NCBI GenBank assembly: GCA_033762115.1
Contig: JANRLX010000058.1
Location: forward strand, 1-61,700
DNA length: 61,700 bases
From: Verrucomicrobiota bacterium
GTDB taxonomy: Bacteria > Verrucomicrobiota > Verrucomicrobiia > Limisphaerales > SXQI01
Reading direction: 5' to 3'
Part shown: positions 47,549 to 57,328 of the stretch, piece by piece
Layout: each line of letters opens with the position of its first letter
Numbering within the stretch: the first letter of the stretch is position 1
Notes under the pieces: generated by a model
The model's input: the letters and a program-made list of their open reading frames with translations, nothing else
Told to the model about the DNA's origin: nothing
Databases searched by the model: none
Made by a program: the position numbers and the translations under genes

Positions 47549-49101
47549 CGTCCGAACAGGTCAAACAGAATATTTATCGGAACTCGATCTCGAATTATAT
47601 TTTCCTGGTCCTGCGCCTGGGGCTGGGAGTGGTGGTTTTCAGGCTGATTTATCAATCGCTGACTCCGGAAGAGTTTGGTTTTTGGGCCGTTCTTTGGAGC
47701 GTGTTCGGTTATGGGATATTGCTCGATTTTGGTTTTGGGTTTACTGCACAGAAGCGGGTGGCGGAACTTTCCGTGCATCAGGATTGGCCGCAACTCAGCA
47801 AGATACTAAGCACGATTTTTTTTACCTATGTCGGAATTGCCACATTGATGGTCCTCACCGGGCTGGTCGGTGCTCCGTACATCATCGATTTTTTTCGGAT
47901 AACGCCTGAAAATCGTGAACGGTTTGAGAATGTGCTTATGGTCTTCCTCTGTGGAATGGGCCTGGCTTTTCCGCTGGGCATCTTTCCGGAAATCCTGCGA
48001 GGCCAACAGCGAATCAGCCTGGCCAATTACATCCTTATTTCAGGTTATATCGTTAGTTTTGTCCTGGTTTGTTTGTGCGTCAAACTGGGATGGGGGTTGA
48101 TCGCGCTGTTGATTATCACACTCTCCTGCAGCATTGCTTCCGAAATTGTTTGTGGAATCTGCGCTATGCGGTTCATGCCGGAGGTTCGGCTTTCACCAAC
48201 GTTATTTTCTAAAGAGATGGTTTCCGGAACGATGCGATTTTCGGTTTACGCCTACATCACCACCCTGACGACGATTATCCTCACCCGCACCGACCAGCTT
48301 GTCATCAGCACAGCTCTTGCGGTGTCAGCAGTGGCGATTTACCAGGCGGGCGCAAAAATTGCAGAAATGTTCACAAGCTTCGCGTTGCAGATCCCGGACA
48401 CGTTATCGCCAGTCGCCGCCCATCTTCACGCCAAGGGGGACAAGGAATTTCTTCGTAATCTGCTGGTCAGTGGGACTCGGTTCAGTGTGATGCTGGCGAC
48501 ACCTCTTTACCTGATATGTGCCTTTTACATGGATGGGGCGCTCTGGATTTTGACAGGAGATAAAAATATCCATTCGGAAGCGTTCTGGGTTGGGCAGGTG
48601 CTGCTGTTTTGGGGGTATATGACGATCCTTACCCAAAGCGTATCAAAACGTATTTTCATGATGTGCGGGCATGAAAAACGTTTGATGTGGCTTGGAGTAG
48701 GGGAGGCAGTCCTGAACCTCGGGCTGAGCCTTGGGTTGATTTTCATCTTCCGTAATGTGCTTTGTGTGGCGATAGGTTCGCTGGTGGCGACTTTCTTTTT
48801 TGGCTGGTTTTATCTTTGGCCATGGGCTGCCCGCGAGGCCAACATGAGTGGGATGCTGCTCGCCAGGAAGGTGCTTTTGCCAACCTGGGGCGCATCCCTT
48901 CCGTTGCTCGCTTTGATTGCGATCGAGCGGAACATCACCCAATTGGATTTTCATGAAAACCTGGTCCTGTTTCTTGTCGAATGCTCACTGGCATGCGCCG
49001 TGGCAGCGTTTGGGATGTGGAAACTTGGCCTGAATGAAGGAGAGAGAATCAGGTTTGCCGCACAGTTTGGGAAGCTTTTCTCGAGGAGCACAGCAGCATG
49101 A
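47545..49101 (+). CDS. oligosaccharide flippase (Wzx/MOP family)
   Basis: Many TMs; EEFG-W, LLDFGFG, DQLVIS, VAIYQ. Confidence 0.85.
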   Translation: MTSEQVKQNIYRNSISNYIFLVLRLGLGVVVFRLIYQSLTPEEFGFWAVLWSVFGYGILLDFGFGFTAQKRVAELSVHQDWPQLSKILSTIFFTYVGIATLMVLTGLVGAPYIIDFFRITPENRERFENVLMVFLCGMGLAFPLGIFPEILRGQQRISLANYILISGYIVSFVLVCLCVKLGWGLIALLIITLSCSIASEIVCGICAMRFMPEVRLSPTLFSKEMVSGTMRFSVYAYITTLTTIILTRTDQLVISTALAVSAVAIYQAGAKIAEMFTSFALQIPDTLSPVAAHLHAKGDKEFLRNLLVSGTRFSVMLATPLYLICAFYMDGALWILTGDKNIHSEAFWVGQVLLFWGYMTILTQSVSKRIFMMCGHEKRLMWLGVGEAVLNLGLSLGLIFIFRNVLCVAIGSLVATFFFGWFYLWPWAAREANMSGMLLARKVLLPTWGASLPLLALIAIERNITQLDFHENLVLFLVECSLACAVAAFGMWKLGLNEGERIRFAAQFGKLFSRSTAA

Positions 49102-49973
49102 ATGACCCGCTGGTCTCGATAATCTTAAGATCGTACAATGAAGCATGGGCGTTACGGGAAACTCTCCCCGCGCTGGCCGGACAGGAATATAAAAACTGGG
49201 AATTGATCGTGATTGATTCCGGCTCGAGGGATGGTTCTGTGGAATTGATCGAGACATTTTCGCCGCGCGAATTTATCCAGATCCAACCGCACGAATATAA
49301 CCCCAGCCGTGTGATGAATCGTGGAATGCAACTGGCACGGGGCGAGTTTTGCATTTTCCTGAATGCTGATGCCACTCCCCAGGGCTCAAATTGGTTGCGC
49401 CCCCTGGTTCAGGCGCTTTTCGACCCCAAAGTGGCTGCAGTTTTTGGGCGGCAAATTCCGCGACAGGATTGCAATGCTGTTTATGCGTGTGACTACGAGC
49501 GTTGTTTTGGGCCTGAACGTGAATCTGCGAAGTGGCCGCATTTCTTCAGCATGGTGAGCAGTGGATTGCGCAAGGATATATGGAAGCTGCGAGGGTTTCT
49601 TGAGTCGTTGCAATACGCTGAAGATGATGAGTACACCCGCTGGGCAAAAGACCAAGGCTATGCTGTTGTGTATGTGCCGGAGTCTGTGGTGATGCACTCG
49701 CATAACTACACGCCGGAACAGGCATATAAAAGGAGCTTCGGAGATGCCCGGGCGCTGGCGGCTTCCTGGCCAGGGTCCCGGAACGATTTCAACTGGTTGA
49801 AAACGTTGTTACTGGGCTGGGCAAACGATCTTCGACATGACGTGCGTTATTGCATTCAAAAGGGGCGTCCGCATGAATTGCCTCATGCTGCACGAATTCG
49901 CTGGAAGCAACGGCTTGGCAAGCTGGAAGGCTTTCGGGCGGGTTGGTCGCATTACCGGCAGGGGGCACGATGA
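49098..49973 (+). CDS. glycosyltransferase family 2 (rhamnosyltransferase-like)
   Basis: VSIILRSYNE, IDSGSRDG, FLNADA, FGRQIPR, AED, HSHNY. Confidence 0.88.
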   Translation: MNDPLVSIILRSYNEAWALRETLPALAGQEYKNWELIVIDSGSRDGSVELIETFSPREFIQIQPHEYNPSRVMNRGMQLARGEFCIFLNADATPQGSNWLRPLVQALFDPKVAAVFGRQIPRQDCNAVYACDYERCFGPERESAKWPHFFSMVSSGLRKDIWKLRGFLESLQYAEDDEYTRWAKDQGYAVVYVPESVVMHSHNYTPEQAYKRSFGDARALAASWPGSRNDFNWLKTLLLGWANDLRHDVRYCIQKGRPHELPHAARIRWKQRLGKLEGFRAGWSHYRQGAR

Positions 49974-51235
49974 AAATCCTGGCGATCACCAATCTTTATC
50001 CGCCCCATTACCTGGGTGGTTATGAACTCATTGCTCATGCGGTGCTGACGGCATTGCAGGCTCGCGGGCATGATGTCCATATCCTGACTTCCAATCACGA
50101 GGTGAAAGGGGAAAAGCATTCGGCGAACGAGGGGCAGATTGAACGCTCTCTTCGAGTTCACGGGTTTTACGGCCATCCATGGCGGGGGATCGCGTCCCTT
50201 GTTTTACTTGAGCGTCACAATAATCAAATGGTCCGGGCTGCATTGAACAGAGTCCGCCCGGATATTGTTTATGTTTGGAACATGGGCGGAATTTCCAAAT
50301 CGATCCTGCTGACCCTCCAAAAAATGAATATTCCGACGCTCTACTACCTTTCAGACCATTGGATTGCCCGAGGGTTGACCACAGATGTCTGGCTCAATTG
50401 GTGGAACCGCCCTGATTCTGGTGATGGTGCGGCTTTACTTCGAAAAATTTTGAATTGGGTTGGCGTTCGACATTTGCTGCAACAGGTTGCCCCGACAAAT
50501 CCCATCGGCCATATCCAGTTCCCGGCAATTTATTTTTGCAGCAAAGCGCTTCGGAAACTCACTGCCTCGGCGGGTTTCGATGTGATGCACGGGAAAGTTA
50601 TTTATGCACCCGTCAATGCACAAAAATTTAACGGGGTGGTGAAACCGGCAGCGGTTCCCTATCGAAAGCTGCTTTGGGTCGGGCGTTTGGCAAAGGACAA
50701 GGGAGTGATGACTGCGTTAAAAGCAATGGCAGCGATCAAAGAGAAATTTTCCGGACAACTAAATATTTATGGCCGGGGTGATGCTGATTATGCGGACCTC
50801 CTGAAGAAGTTCGTGGCTGACCATCAGCTTCCTGTTTCTTTTAAAAATGGTTCCATGGATGAGATGCCGGAAATTTACCGGCAGCATGATGGACTTCTCT
50901 TTACGTCTGAATGGGCTGAGCCATTTGCACTGACTCCGCTTGAAGCGATGGCCAGCGGTCTTCCCGTCATCGGCACCACAACCGGTGGCAGTCGGGAAAT
51001 TTTTCGGCATCGCGACAATGCACTCACCTACACAGCGGGAAATGGAGAAGAATTGGCTGAGCGCATCCTTGAGTTGGACAACGATCCTGCGCTGCGCGAA
51101 CGGATCGCCATTACCGGACAACAGGAGGTGCGTGCCAATTACGATGAGCCACTGATCGTGGATCAAATTGAGGCTTACCTCAAAGATGTGATCTCAGAGT
51201 GGCAAGGTCCTGGTTTGCCCCGTCACGATCTATGA
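49970..51235 (+). CDS. glycosyltransferase family 4
   Basis: NLYPPHYLGGYE, VGRL-KG, EPFALTPLEAMASG. Confidence 0.9.
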   Translation: MKILAITNLYPPHYLGGYELIAHAVLTALQARGHDVHILTSNHEVKGEKHSANEGQIERSLRVHGFYGHPWRGIASLVLLERHNNQMVRAALNRVRPDIVYVWNMGGISKSILLTLQKMNIPTLYYLSDHWIARGLTTDVWLNWWNRPDSGDGAALLRKILNWVGVRHLLQQVAPTNPIGHIQFPAIYFCSKALRKLTASAGFDVMHGKVIYAPVNAQKFNGVVKPAAVPYRKLLWVGRLAKDKGVMTALKAMAAIKEKFSGQLNIYGRGDADYADLLKKFVADHQLPVSFKNGSMDEMPEIYRQHDGLLFTSEWAEPFALTPLEAMASGLPVIGTTTGGSREIFRHRDNALTYTAGNGEELAERILELDNDPALRERIAITGQQEVRANYDEPLIVDQIEAYLKDVISEWQGPGLPRHDL

Positions 51236-52374
51236 TTTCGACGCATCAATTCACCCTGGATGGTTCGATTCAGCTTGAGGATCGCCTGCGCCATGTCTGC
51301 GAAGTGGCAGGGGATGGTGTGAAGCAAATCGTTCCCGCGCATGTTTTCCAAGCACTGGTTCTGGGCGGAGGCTATGGCAGAGGAGAGGGTGGTGTCCTCC
51401 GAACTGAAGCGGGGGATGAACCTTACAATGATCTTGAGTTCTTTCTGTTCCTGCGTGGAAATCCACGTCTGAACGAGCGACGTTTCGGCAAGCGATTGCA
51501 TCATCTCGCCGCTTCATTGAAGGAGCAGATCGGGATCGAGGTTGAATTCAAAATCGTGAATATCAATCAACTTGTTCAGGGCCGCGTGACGATGTTTTAT
51601 TATGATCTGGTTGCGGCCCATTGGGTTGTCAGTGGCAACCCGGATTTGCTGCTTGCAGCTTCCAATCAACTTTCCGCCCACCGGATCACATCTGAAGAGG
51701 CGATTCGCCTTCTGTTCAATCGATGCTCCGGGCTTCTTTTTGCCAGGGAACGGTTACTGAAAGAGCAGTTCACGGAAGAGGACGCTGATTTTGTTGAGCG
51801 GAATATTGCGAAGGCAGAGCTTGCGTTTGGCGATGTGTTGCTGACGGCCAGGGGACAGTATCATTGGAGCTGTCGTGAGCGTCATCGAAATTTGAACAAA
51901 ATCGAACCCACCGATGAACTCTCATTTTTGTTCAAAGTTCGTGACGCGCATCAGCGTGGAGTCGAATTCAAGCTGCATCCATTCCGTTCAAAGGCCACCC
52001 GCGACAACTTGCTTGCGAAGTATTTTGCAACGAGTGATCTGGCGAAGGAAATTTGGGTATGGCTGGAATCGCGCCGACTCGGCCACTCCTTTGCTTCAAT
52101 GATGGAGTATAGTAGGTCCCCGGGGAAAAAGCTTGCTGGCGCTTCCTGGAAAAATCTTCTGTTGAACGTTCGAACCTTTGGGATATCAGCAATGTTTCAA
52201 GGGGAATCTCTCCGTTACCCACGCGAACGTTTGCTCAATGCTTTGCCACTGCTGCTCTGGGAGGAGTTTACTCCGCCGGTGATCGAGATCATCCAGAAGC
52301 AGCTTCGCTCAACCGTGCGCAGTTTTTCAGGGCTGGTCAGCAGCTATCAATCACTTTGGTCAACGTATAATTAA
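51232..52374 (+). CDS. pol-beta-superfamily nucleotidyltransferase-like protein
   Basis: LVLGGGYGRGEGG-YNDLEF fits the hG[GS]...Dh[DE] signature; helical C-terminal domain. Confidence 0.6.
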   Translation: MISTHQFTLDGSIQLEDRLRHVCEVAGDGVKQIVPAHVFQALVLGGGYGRGEGGVLRTEAGDEPYNDLEFFLFLRGNPRLNERRFGKRLHHLAASLKEQIGIEVEFKIVNINQLVQGRVTMFYYDLVAAHWVVSGNPDLLLAASNQLSAHRITSEEAIRLLFNRCSGLLFARERLLKEQFTEEDADFVERNIAKAELAFGDVLLTARGQYHWSCRERHRNLNKIEPTDELSFLFKVRDAHQRGVEFKLHPFRSKATRDNLLAKYFATSDLAKEIWVWLESRRLGHSFASMMEYSRSPGKKLAGASWKNLLLNVRTFGISAMFQGESLRYPRERLLNALPLLLWEEFTPPVIEIIQKQLRSTVRSFSGLVSSYQSLWSTYN

Positions 52375-52377
52375 TGG

Positions 52378-53622
52378 ATGAAAATACTGGTTGTTTATCC
52401 TTATATTCCATACCCGCTCAATCGCGGCGCTTATTATCGCGCCTTTCATCTGCTCAAAGGATTGGCGCGGGAACATACTGTTGATCTTCTGGCCCTGGCG
52501 GAGAATTTCGAAGGAATTAAACAGAAGGATGTCTTCGCTGAATTCTGCCGCGAGGTGGAGTTCATCCCGTTCCAGCACCCGGAATGGGAGCGGCTGTTTC
52601 CCAAACGCCTTTTCAATTCACTTCCATCGACGGTTGCGCACTGGACAGTTCCTGCGGTTCGCGAAGCGATCAGGCAGCGGTTGGGGAAGCATGACTACGA
52701 CGCTGTTCATCTCTGCGATATTGTGCTCGCCCAATACTTTCTGAAGGAATTCCGGGAGATACCGCTGGTAATCGACCGCACTCGGGTGGATTTGCAATAT
52801 CAACTCATGGAGCAAAAGCGGATGAGGTTTAGTTTCAAGAACCGATTGCTGAACCTGGAAAATCTCGCGAAATTGTGGGCCTTTGAAAAAGTAGTTGCGC
52901 AACGTTCCCGTCTTCAGGTGGTTTGCGGTCCTGATGATGAATCATTCACGCGCCAATATATTTCGGGCAAAGTCCCGATTTCGGTGATTCCGAATGGCGT
53001 GGACCTGGAATATTTTCAACCGTGTCATCTCGAGCAGCTTCGCGATAGCGAACCGACCCTGCTTTTTTGTGGGGCGATGGATTACAACCCCAACATCGAT
53101 GCTCTTCGATGGTATTTCTCAGAAATACACGGCGATTTGAAACAAGCCGTTCCGGATCTGCGGATATTGATTGTCGGCAAGGATCCCGTTCAGGAGGTGG
53201 TTTCATACGGCAAGCTGCCGAGCGTAACAGTCACTGGTGGAGTGCCGGATGTTCGTCCTTACTACCAGCGCGCCTGGATGCAAATGGTGCCTTTGCGAAT
53301 TGGTGGAGGTACCCGCCTGAAAATTGTGGAATCAATGGCGATGGGAACCCCTGTCATTTCGACGACGATTGGAGCCCAGGGGCTCGATCTCACCCATGAA
53401 CATGACATTCTGCTCGCGGACAGTGCAGAAACTTTTGCCCGGGAGTGCGCCCGTTCGCTCCAGGATGAAATGCTTCGGAGAGATCTCCGTCAGCACGGTA
53501 TTGAGACTGTTCAATCGCGCCTTTCCTGGGAGAAGCTCGGAGCCGATTTGACGAGGAGCTATCGCGAGGTGTTTCCAAAATGCAACAACTCACAGGTTCC
53601 GGAACCGATGCTGACGCAGTAG
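52378..53622 (+). CDS. glycosyltransferase family 4
   Basis: PYPLNRG, IPNGVD, GAMDYNPN, VPDVRPY, GGGTRLKIVESMAMG. Confidence 0.9.
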   Translation: MKILVVYPYIPYPLNRGAYYRAFHLLKGLAREHTVDLLALAENFEGIKQKDVFAEFCREVEFIPFQHPEWERLFPKRLFNSLPSTVAHWTVPAVREAIRQRLGKHDYDAVHLCDIVLAQYFLKEFREIPLVIDRTRVDLQYQLMEQKRMRFSFKNRLLNLENLAKLWAFEKVVAQRSRLQVVCGPDDESFTRQYISGKVPISVIPNGVDLEYFQPCHLEQLRDSEPTLLFCGAMDYNPNIDALRWYFSEIHGDLKQAVPDLRILIVGKDPVQEVVSYGKLPSVTVTGGVPDVRPYYQRAWMQMVPLRIGGGTRLKIVESMAMGTPVISTTIGAQGLDLTHEHDILLADSAETFARECARSLQDEMLRRDLRQHGIETVQSRLSWEKLGADLTRSYREVFPKCNNSQVPEPMLTQ

Positions 53623-53627
53623 CGGGA

Positions 53628-55115
53628 TTACTGTGAATGGACAGGAGAAGAGTTTACGGCAGGGCGACCCTGATTTCCCTTTACTCGTCGCAATCCATAT
53701 TTTTGGAGTTTTGACATTAATGTAGTCGGTTTCATTGCCAGCATCGCGGCTGCGCCATTGTTGCCATAAACTTTTCCGTTTGTTTGCTGAAGAGCGGAAA
53801 TGATGATTTCACGCTCTCGATTCTTTAAGTCTGAGAGGTTGATAATATCCGTTGCTGCGCTTCGGGGTGAAGCCTCGATCTGACCCTGCTCATCCGGCAA
53901 GGTAATTCGAAGCACTCCTCCACGGGCCAGAATCATTGCGCGTTCGAGGACATTTTGAAGTTCACGCACATTTCCAGGCCATGAATAATTTTCCAATTGC
54001 CTGATCTGGGCGCGACTAAATCGCGGTGCGGGAACTCCAAGTTTACGCGACGATTGCCGAACGAAATGCTCTGCAAGTGGTTCGATGTCCTCGGGGCGGT
54101 CCCGCAGAGCTGGCATCTGAATGGGAAAAACGCTTAGACGATAATACAAATCGGACCTGAATCTTCCGTTTTTAGATTCCAACAACAAATCCCGATTGGT
54201 GGCGGCAATAATCCGCACATCAATGCTTCGGGTACGTTCCTCGCCCACTCGTTCAAACTGGCCTTCCTGCAAAACCCGGAGAAGCTTACTTTGGAGTTCC
54301 AGAGGAATTTCACCAATTTCATCGAGGAAGAGAGTGCCTCCATTCGCCAGTTCGAATCGCCCAATTCTGTCCTTAATCGCACCAGTGAACGCTCCCTTTG
54401 CGTGGCCGAAGAATTCGCTCTCAAACAACTCACGGGGAATGGACGCGCAATTTACCCGCACCAATGGCTTCGACTGGCGAGAGCTGCATTCGTGAATTGC
54501 CCGAGCGACCAGCTCTTTTCCGGTGCCGGATTCGCCGAGCACCAATACCGTCGCTTGAGTGGAGGCAACCATCTTGATCTGCTCCATGACTTTCAGAAGC
54601 GCCGGGCTTCGTCCCACAATCTCACCCTCGAATTTCCCACGGATTTCTTCGAGCAGATGCTGATTCTCAGCTTCGAGGGATTTTAGATGCTGGATGCATC
54701 TGATGGCGCCGATTGTTCCCACGATTTGCCCCTGCGCATTCAGGTAAGGAGTGGCTTTGACGGTGACCCAATGCTTTCCACCATCCTTGCGGCATAATTC
54801 ATGTTCGTATTCATCCACCTTGCCGAGCAGCCGGTCTTTCAGACGCGCTTCCATCAAGGCCCATTCTGTTGGCGGAGTGAGCAATTTGTAGCTGACCGTC
54901 CCGGTTAATTCCTCCTTCGAATAACCGGTGATTTCCTCAAGTCGGGAGTTTACGAAAATAATCCTGCTTTCTTCATTTGTAATCAGAATCCCCTCGCCAA
55001 GACTTTCAAGGATGGTGCGGTAGAACTCTTCCCTGTTATGCAGCAAACGAGTTAGTGCCTCCTCGTGATCGAGAGGGGGGAGGATCGGATCTGCGGTTTT
55101 TGATTCAGAAAACAT
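53628..55115 (-). CDS. PAS-domain sigma54-dependent transcriptional activator
   Basis: [44 protein letters not shown]-terminal HTH. Confidence 0.93.
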   Translation of the reverse strand: MFSESKTADPILPPLDHEEALTRLLHNREEFYRTILESLGEGILITNEESRIIFVNSRLEEITGYSKEELTGTVSYKLLTPPTEWALMEARLKDRLLGKVDEYEHELCRKDGGKHWVTVKATPYLNAQGQIVGTIGAIRCIQHLKSLEAENQHLLEEIRGKFEGEIVGRSPALLKVMEQIKMVASTQATVLVLGESGTGKELVARAIHECSSRQSKPLVRVNCASIPRELFESEFFGHAKGAFTGAIKDRIGRFELANGGTLFLDEIGEIPLELQSKLLRVLQEGQFERVGEERTRSIDVRIIAATNRDLLLESKNGRFRSDLYYRLSVFPIQMPALRDRPEDIEPLAEHFVRQSSRKLGVPAPRFSRAQIRQLENYSWPGNVRELQNVLERAMILARGGVLRITLPDEQGQIEASPRSAATDIINLSDLKNREREIIISALQQTNGKVYGNNGAAAMLAMKPTTLMSKLQKYGLRRVKGNQGRPAVNSSPVHSQ

Positions 55116-55132
55116 CCTGCCTCAATTTCAAT

Positions 55133-57328
55133 TCAGAACGGAGCGATCAGTACCTGGAACGGTTTCAATTTCAGCTCAATCCCTTGCGAGGAAAGAGGAG
55201 CGACCGTTTTTTTCCGATCGAGGGGATCCTCAAAGACGAGTTCTGTTTCTGTCGAGTTGACTCCACTTATTCTCACGATCTCTTCCTGTGAGGACAAAGA
55301 AATCGCAACGAGCACGCTTCGTTCAGCGCTGCTTCTAATTCCGGTGAAAACATTTGGATTACTGCTGATTACATTTCGAAGCTCGATGCTGCCTCGTGCG
55401 AATTCGGGATACCGTTTGCGAAAAGAAAACAGTTTTCGATAATAGTTGTATACGGCTGGATCTTCATCCGGATGAGGACCATTTTTGGGATCTCCCGCAA
55501 AAAACTCAGGGGTTCCAAAAAAAACATGGATGGCATCCAAAGCCATGAATCTGCGCGTGTAACCTTTGAAACGATAGAACCAGGAAGTGTCATGGTTTCG
55601 GGCGAAGTAGACACGCTGGGAACCGGCAGGTAACGCATCCAGCACATTCGCAATATGGAGCTTGTAATGCTCGGCAGTCACCTCGCCACTGTCATAGAGT
55701 TCCAGGAAAAGCTGCCCCGCATGGGTCATATTGTCGTGGACCAGATCGCACACTGTGTAGTAGAGAGGTCCAAAAATTTCGCTCAGAAAAATTGCCTGTG
55801 CATTTGTTTCTCGCATGGTCGAGAGCATTCCCATCAGCAGGTCAGGCGCGGCGGACCCACTGCGGTAAGCTGGATAATGCAAATGCCTGCTCCAGTTTGG
55901 TCCCTTGAACGCAGCGGCATCCACCCGGTATCCGTCAATTCCATACTTCTGAAGATCGTTTCGTACCAGGTCCTTCATATAATTCTGATAAATTGTCGAA
56001 GCCCAGTCTGTTGTGACGCTGCGCCAGGTAGGGTGCCTGATGAATGTCCCATTCTCCTCCCGCATGAAAAGATCAGGACGAGATTTGAGAATGGGCGATT
56101 TTTCATTGAAGCCATGAATGACCATGTCGAACAAGACCCGCATTCCCAGCGCATGCGCCTTGTCCACCATTGTCCTTAAATCAGCTTCGGTGCCCAGTTG
56201 TGCCTGCACTTTGTACAAATCGAGCGGTGAATATCCGCCTTCCCAATGGGGCATCAGGTAAATTGCGTTAAATCCAACGTCACGGTAAAATTCGAGGCGG
56301 TTGGCCAATCCTTTAAACCCATTGGTGTAATAAGCAGGCATCACCTCAAGCAGGATCAATTCATTGACCCATTCCGGTTTGTCCGGCAGTTGCGGCATGG
56401 TTTGCTGCACCATCGCGCGATACTCCGCCAATGCTTCTGTAAGACGCGGGGCGAATTCGATTCGTTGATGGTCTGATTCCACCGCTTGGTTCGGAAGTAA
56501 CCGATAGGTCCGGGAGATAAAATGTCGAAAATTGATTGTGTTGGTGTCCGCCTTTAACGATGGCGTATAGGAGACCTCTCCGCCGGTATCGATCCATGTT
56601 GCCAGAGTCAATTCCTTTGCCGGATTGCTCAGAGCAAGGATGCCAAAGCCGGTATCTGGCGCTGAATGAAAGGTGATCGTGCGTCCGCTTAATTTATACA
56701 AAGGTGTGGCTGCCGGAACAAAGTTTCGCGGGTCAAAAGGACCCGGGACATCGACCAGGCGGTCTCCTTCTCCAAGATCAATATTTGGAATCGTGAATGA
56801 AAAACCTTCAAATTTTTCTTCAGGCAATCCCGGTTGAGTTTCGAGTCGCAAGAGCCTGGCCATTCGATCAATCCGATACTCTCCGGGATAAAGTGTGTGG
56901 TGACTTTCGACGACATGGGTGAAAGTGCCTGAGCCTGTCGCACTAATACCGTAGCGCAAGGCCAGCGTCACTCCATCCCTGTATTTATCGATGGATATGG
57001 TGTGGCCTGTGTAAACAGCCCGTTCCATGATCCATTGGCCATTGATCCTGCAATCGAAGCTTTGGGCGGGAATATCTGAAGAAAATGCCAGCAGCACAGG
57101 TGATTTCGTGCGGCAACTGGCCCAGGCACCGTTTGTTCGAACAAATTCCAATTCAAGATGGCGGTTGCCAAACAACAGTCGGTCCGGACTTTCCAACGTG
57201 TAAACATCCTCCAGGAAGCGGTTGGTTGACCAGGTCCTGACCTGGGCTTGCACGATAGTTTCCAGTGCGGAAGCAAATAACAGCCACAGACAAAAAGCCT
57301 TTGGCAAGATAGTAGACAAGAGCTTCAT
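55133..57328 (-). CDS. secreted GH13 (alpha-amylase family) glycoside hydrolase with unknown N-terminal domain
   Basis: Signal peptide; GFNAIYLMP, FDMVIH, DGYRVDAA, LSE, NHDT catalytic regions. Confidence 0.8.
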   Translation of the reverse strand: MKLLSTILPKAFCLWLLFASALETIVQAQVRTWSTNRFLEDVYTLESPDRLLFGNRHLELEFVRTNGAWASCRTKSPVLLAFSSDIPAQSFDCRINGQWIMERAVYTGHTISIDKYRDGVTLALRYGISATGSGTFTHVVESHHTLYPGEYRIDRMARLLRLETQPGLPEEKFEGFSFTIPNIDLGEGDRLVDVPGPFDPRNFVPAATPLYKLSGRTITFHSAPDTGFGILALSNPAKELTLATWIDTGGEVSYTPSLKADTNTINFRHFISRTYRLLPNQAVESDHQRIEFAPRLTEALAEYRAMVQQTMPQLPDKPEWVNELILLEVMPAYYTNGFKGLANRLEFYRDVGFNAIYLMPHWEGGYSPLDLYKVQAQLGTEADLRTMVDKAHALGMRVLFDMVIHGFNEKSPILKSRPDLFMREENGTFIRHPTWRSVTTDWASTIYQNYMKDLVRNDLQKYGIDGYRVDAAAFKGPNWSRHLHYPAYRSGSAAPDLLMGMLSTMRETNAQAIFLSEIFGPLYYTVCDLVHDNMTHAGQLFLELYDSGEVTAEHYKLHIANVLDALPAGSQRVYFARNHDTSWFYRFKGYTRRFMALDAIHVFFGTPEFFAGDPKNGPHPDEDPAVYNYYRKLFSFRKRYPEFARGSIELRNVISSNPNVFTGIRSSAERSVLVAISLSSQEEIVRISGVNSTETELVFEDPLDRKKTVAPLSSQGIELKLKPFQVLIAPF

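Noticed and set aside
51232..52374. CBASS/cGAS-like or toxin-antitoxin defence system
   Set aside because: No effector, cap or HEPN partner; the gene is translationally coupled between glycosyltransferases
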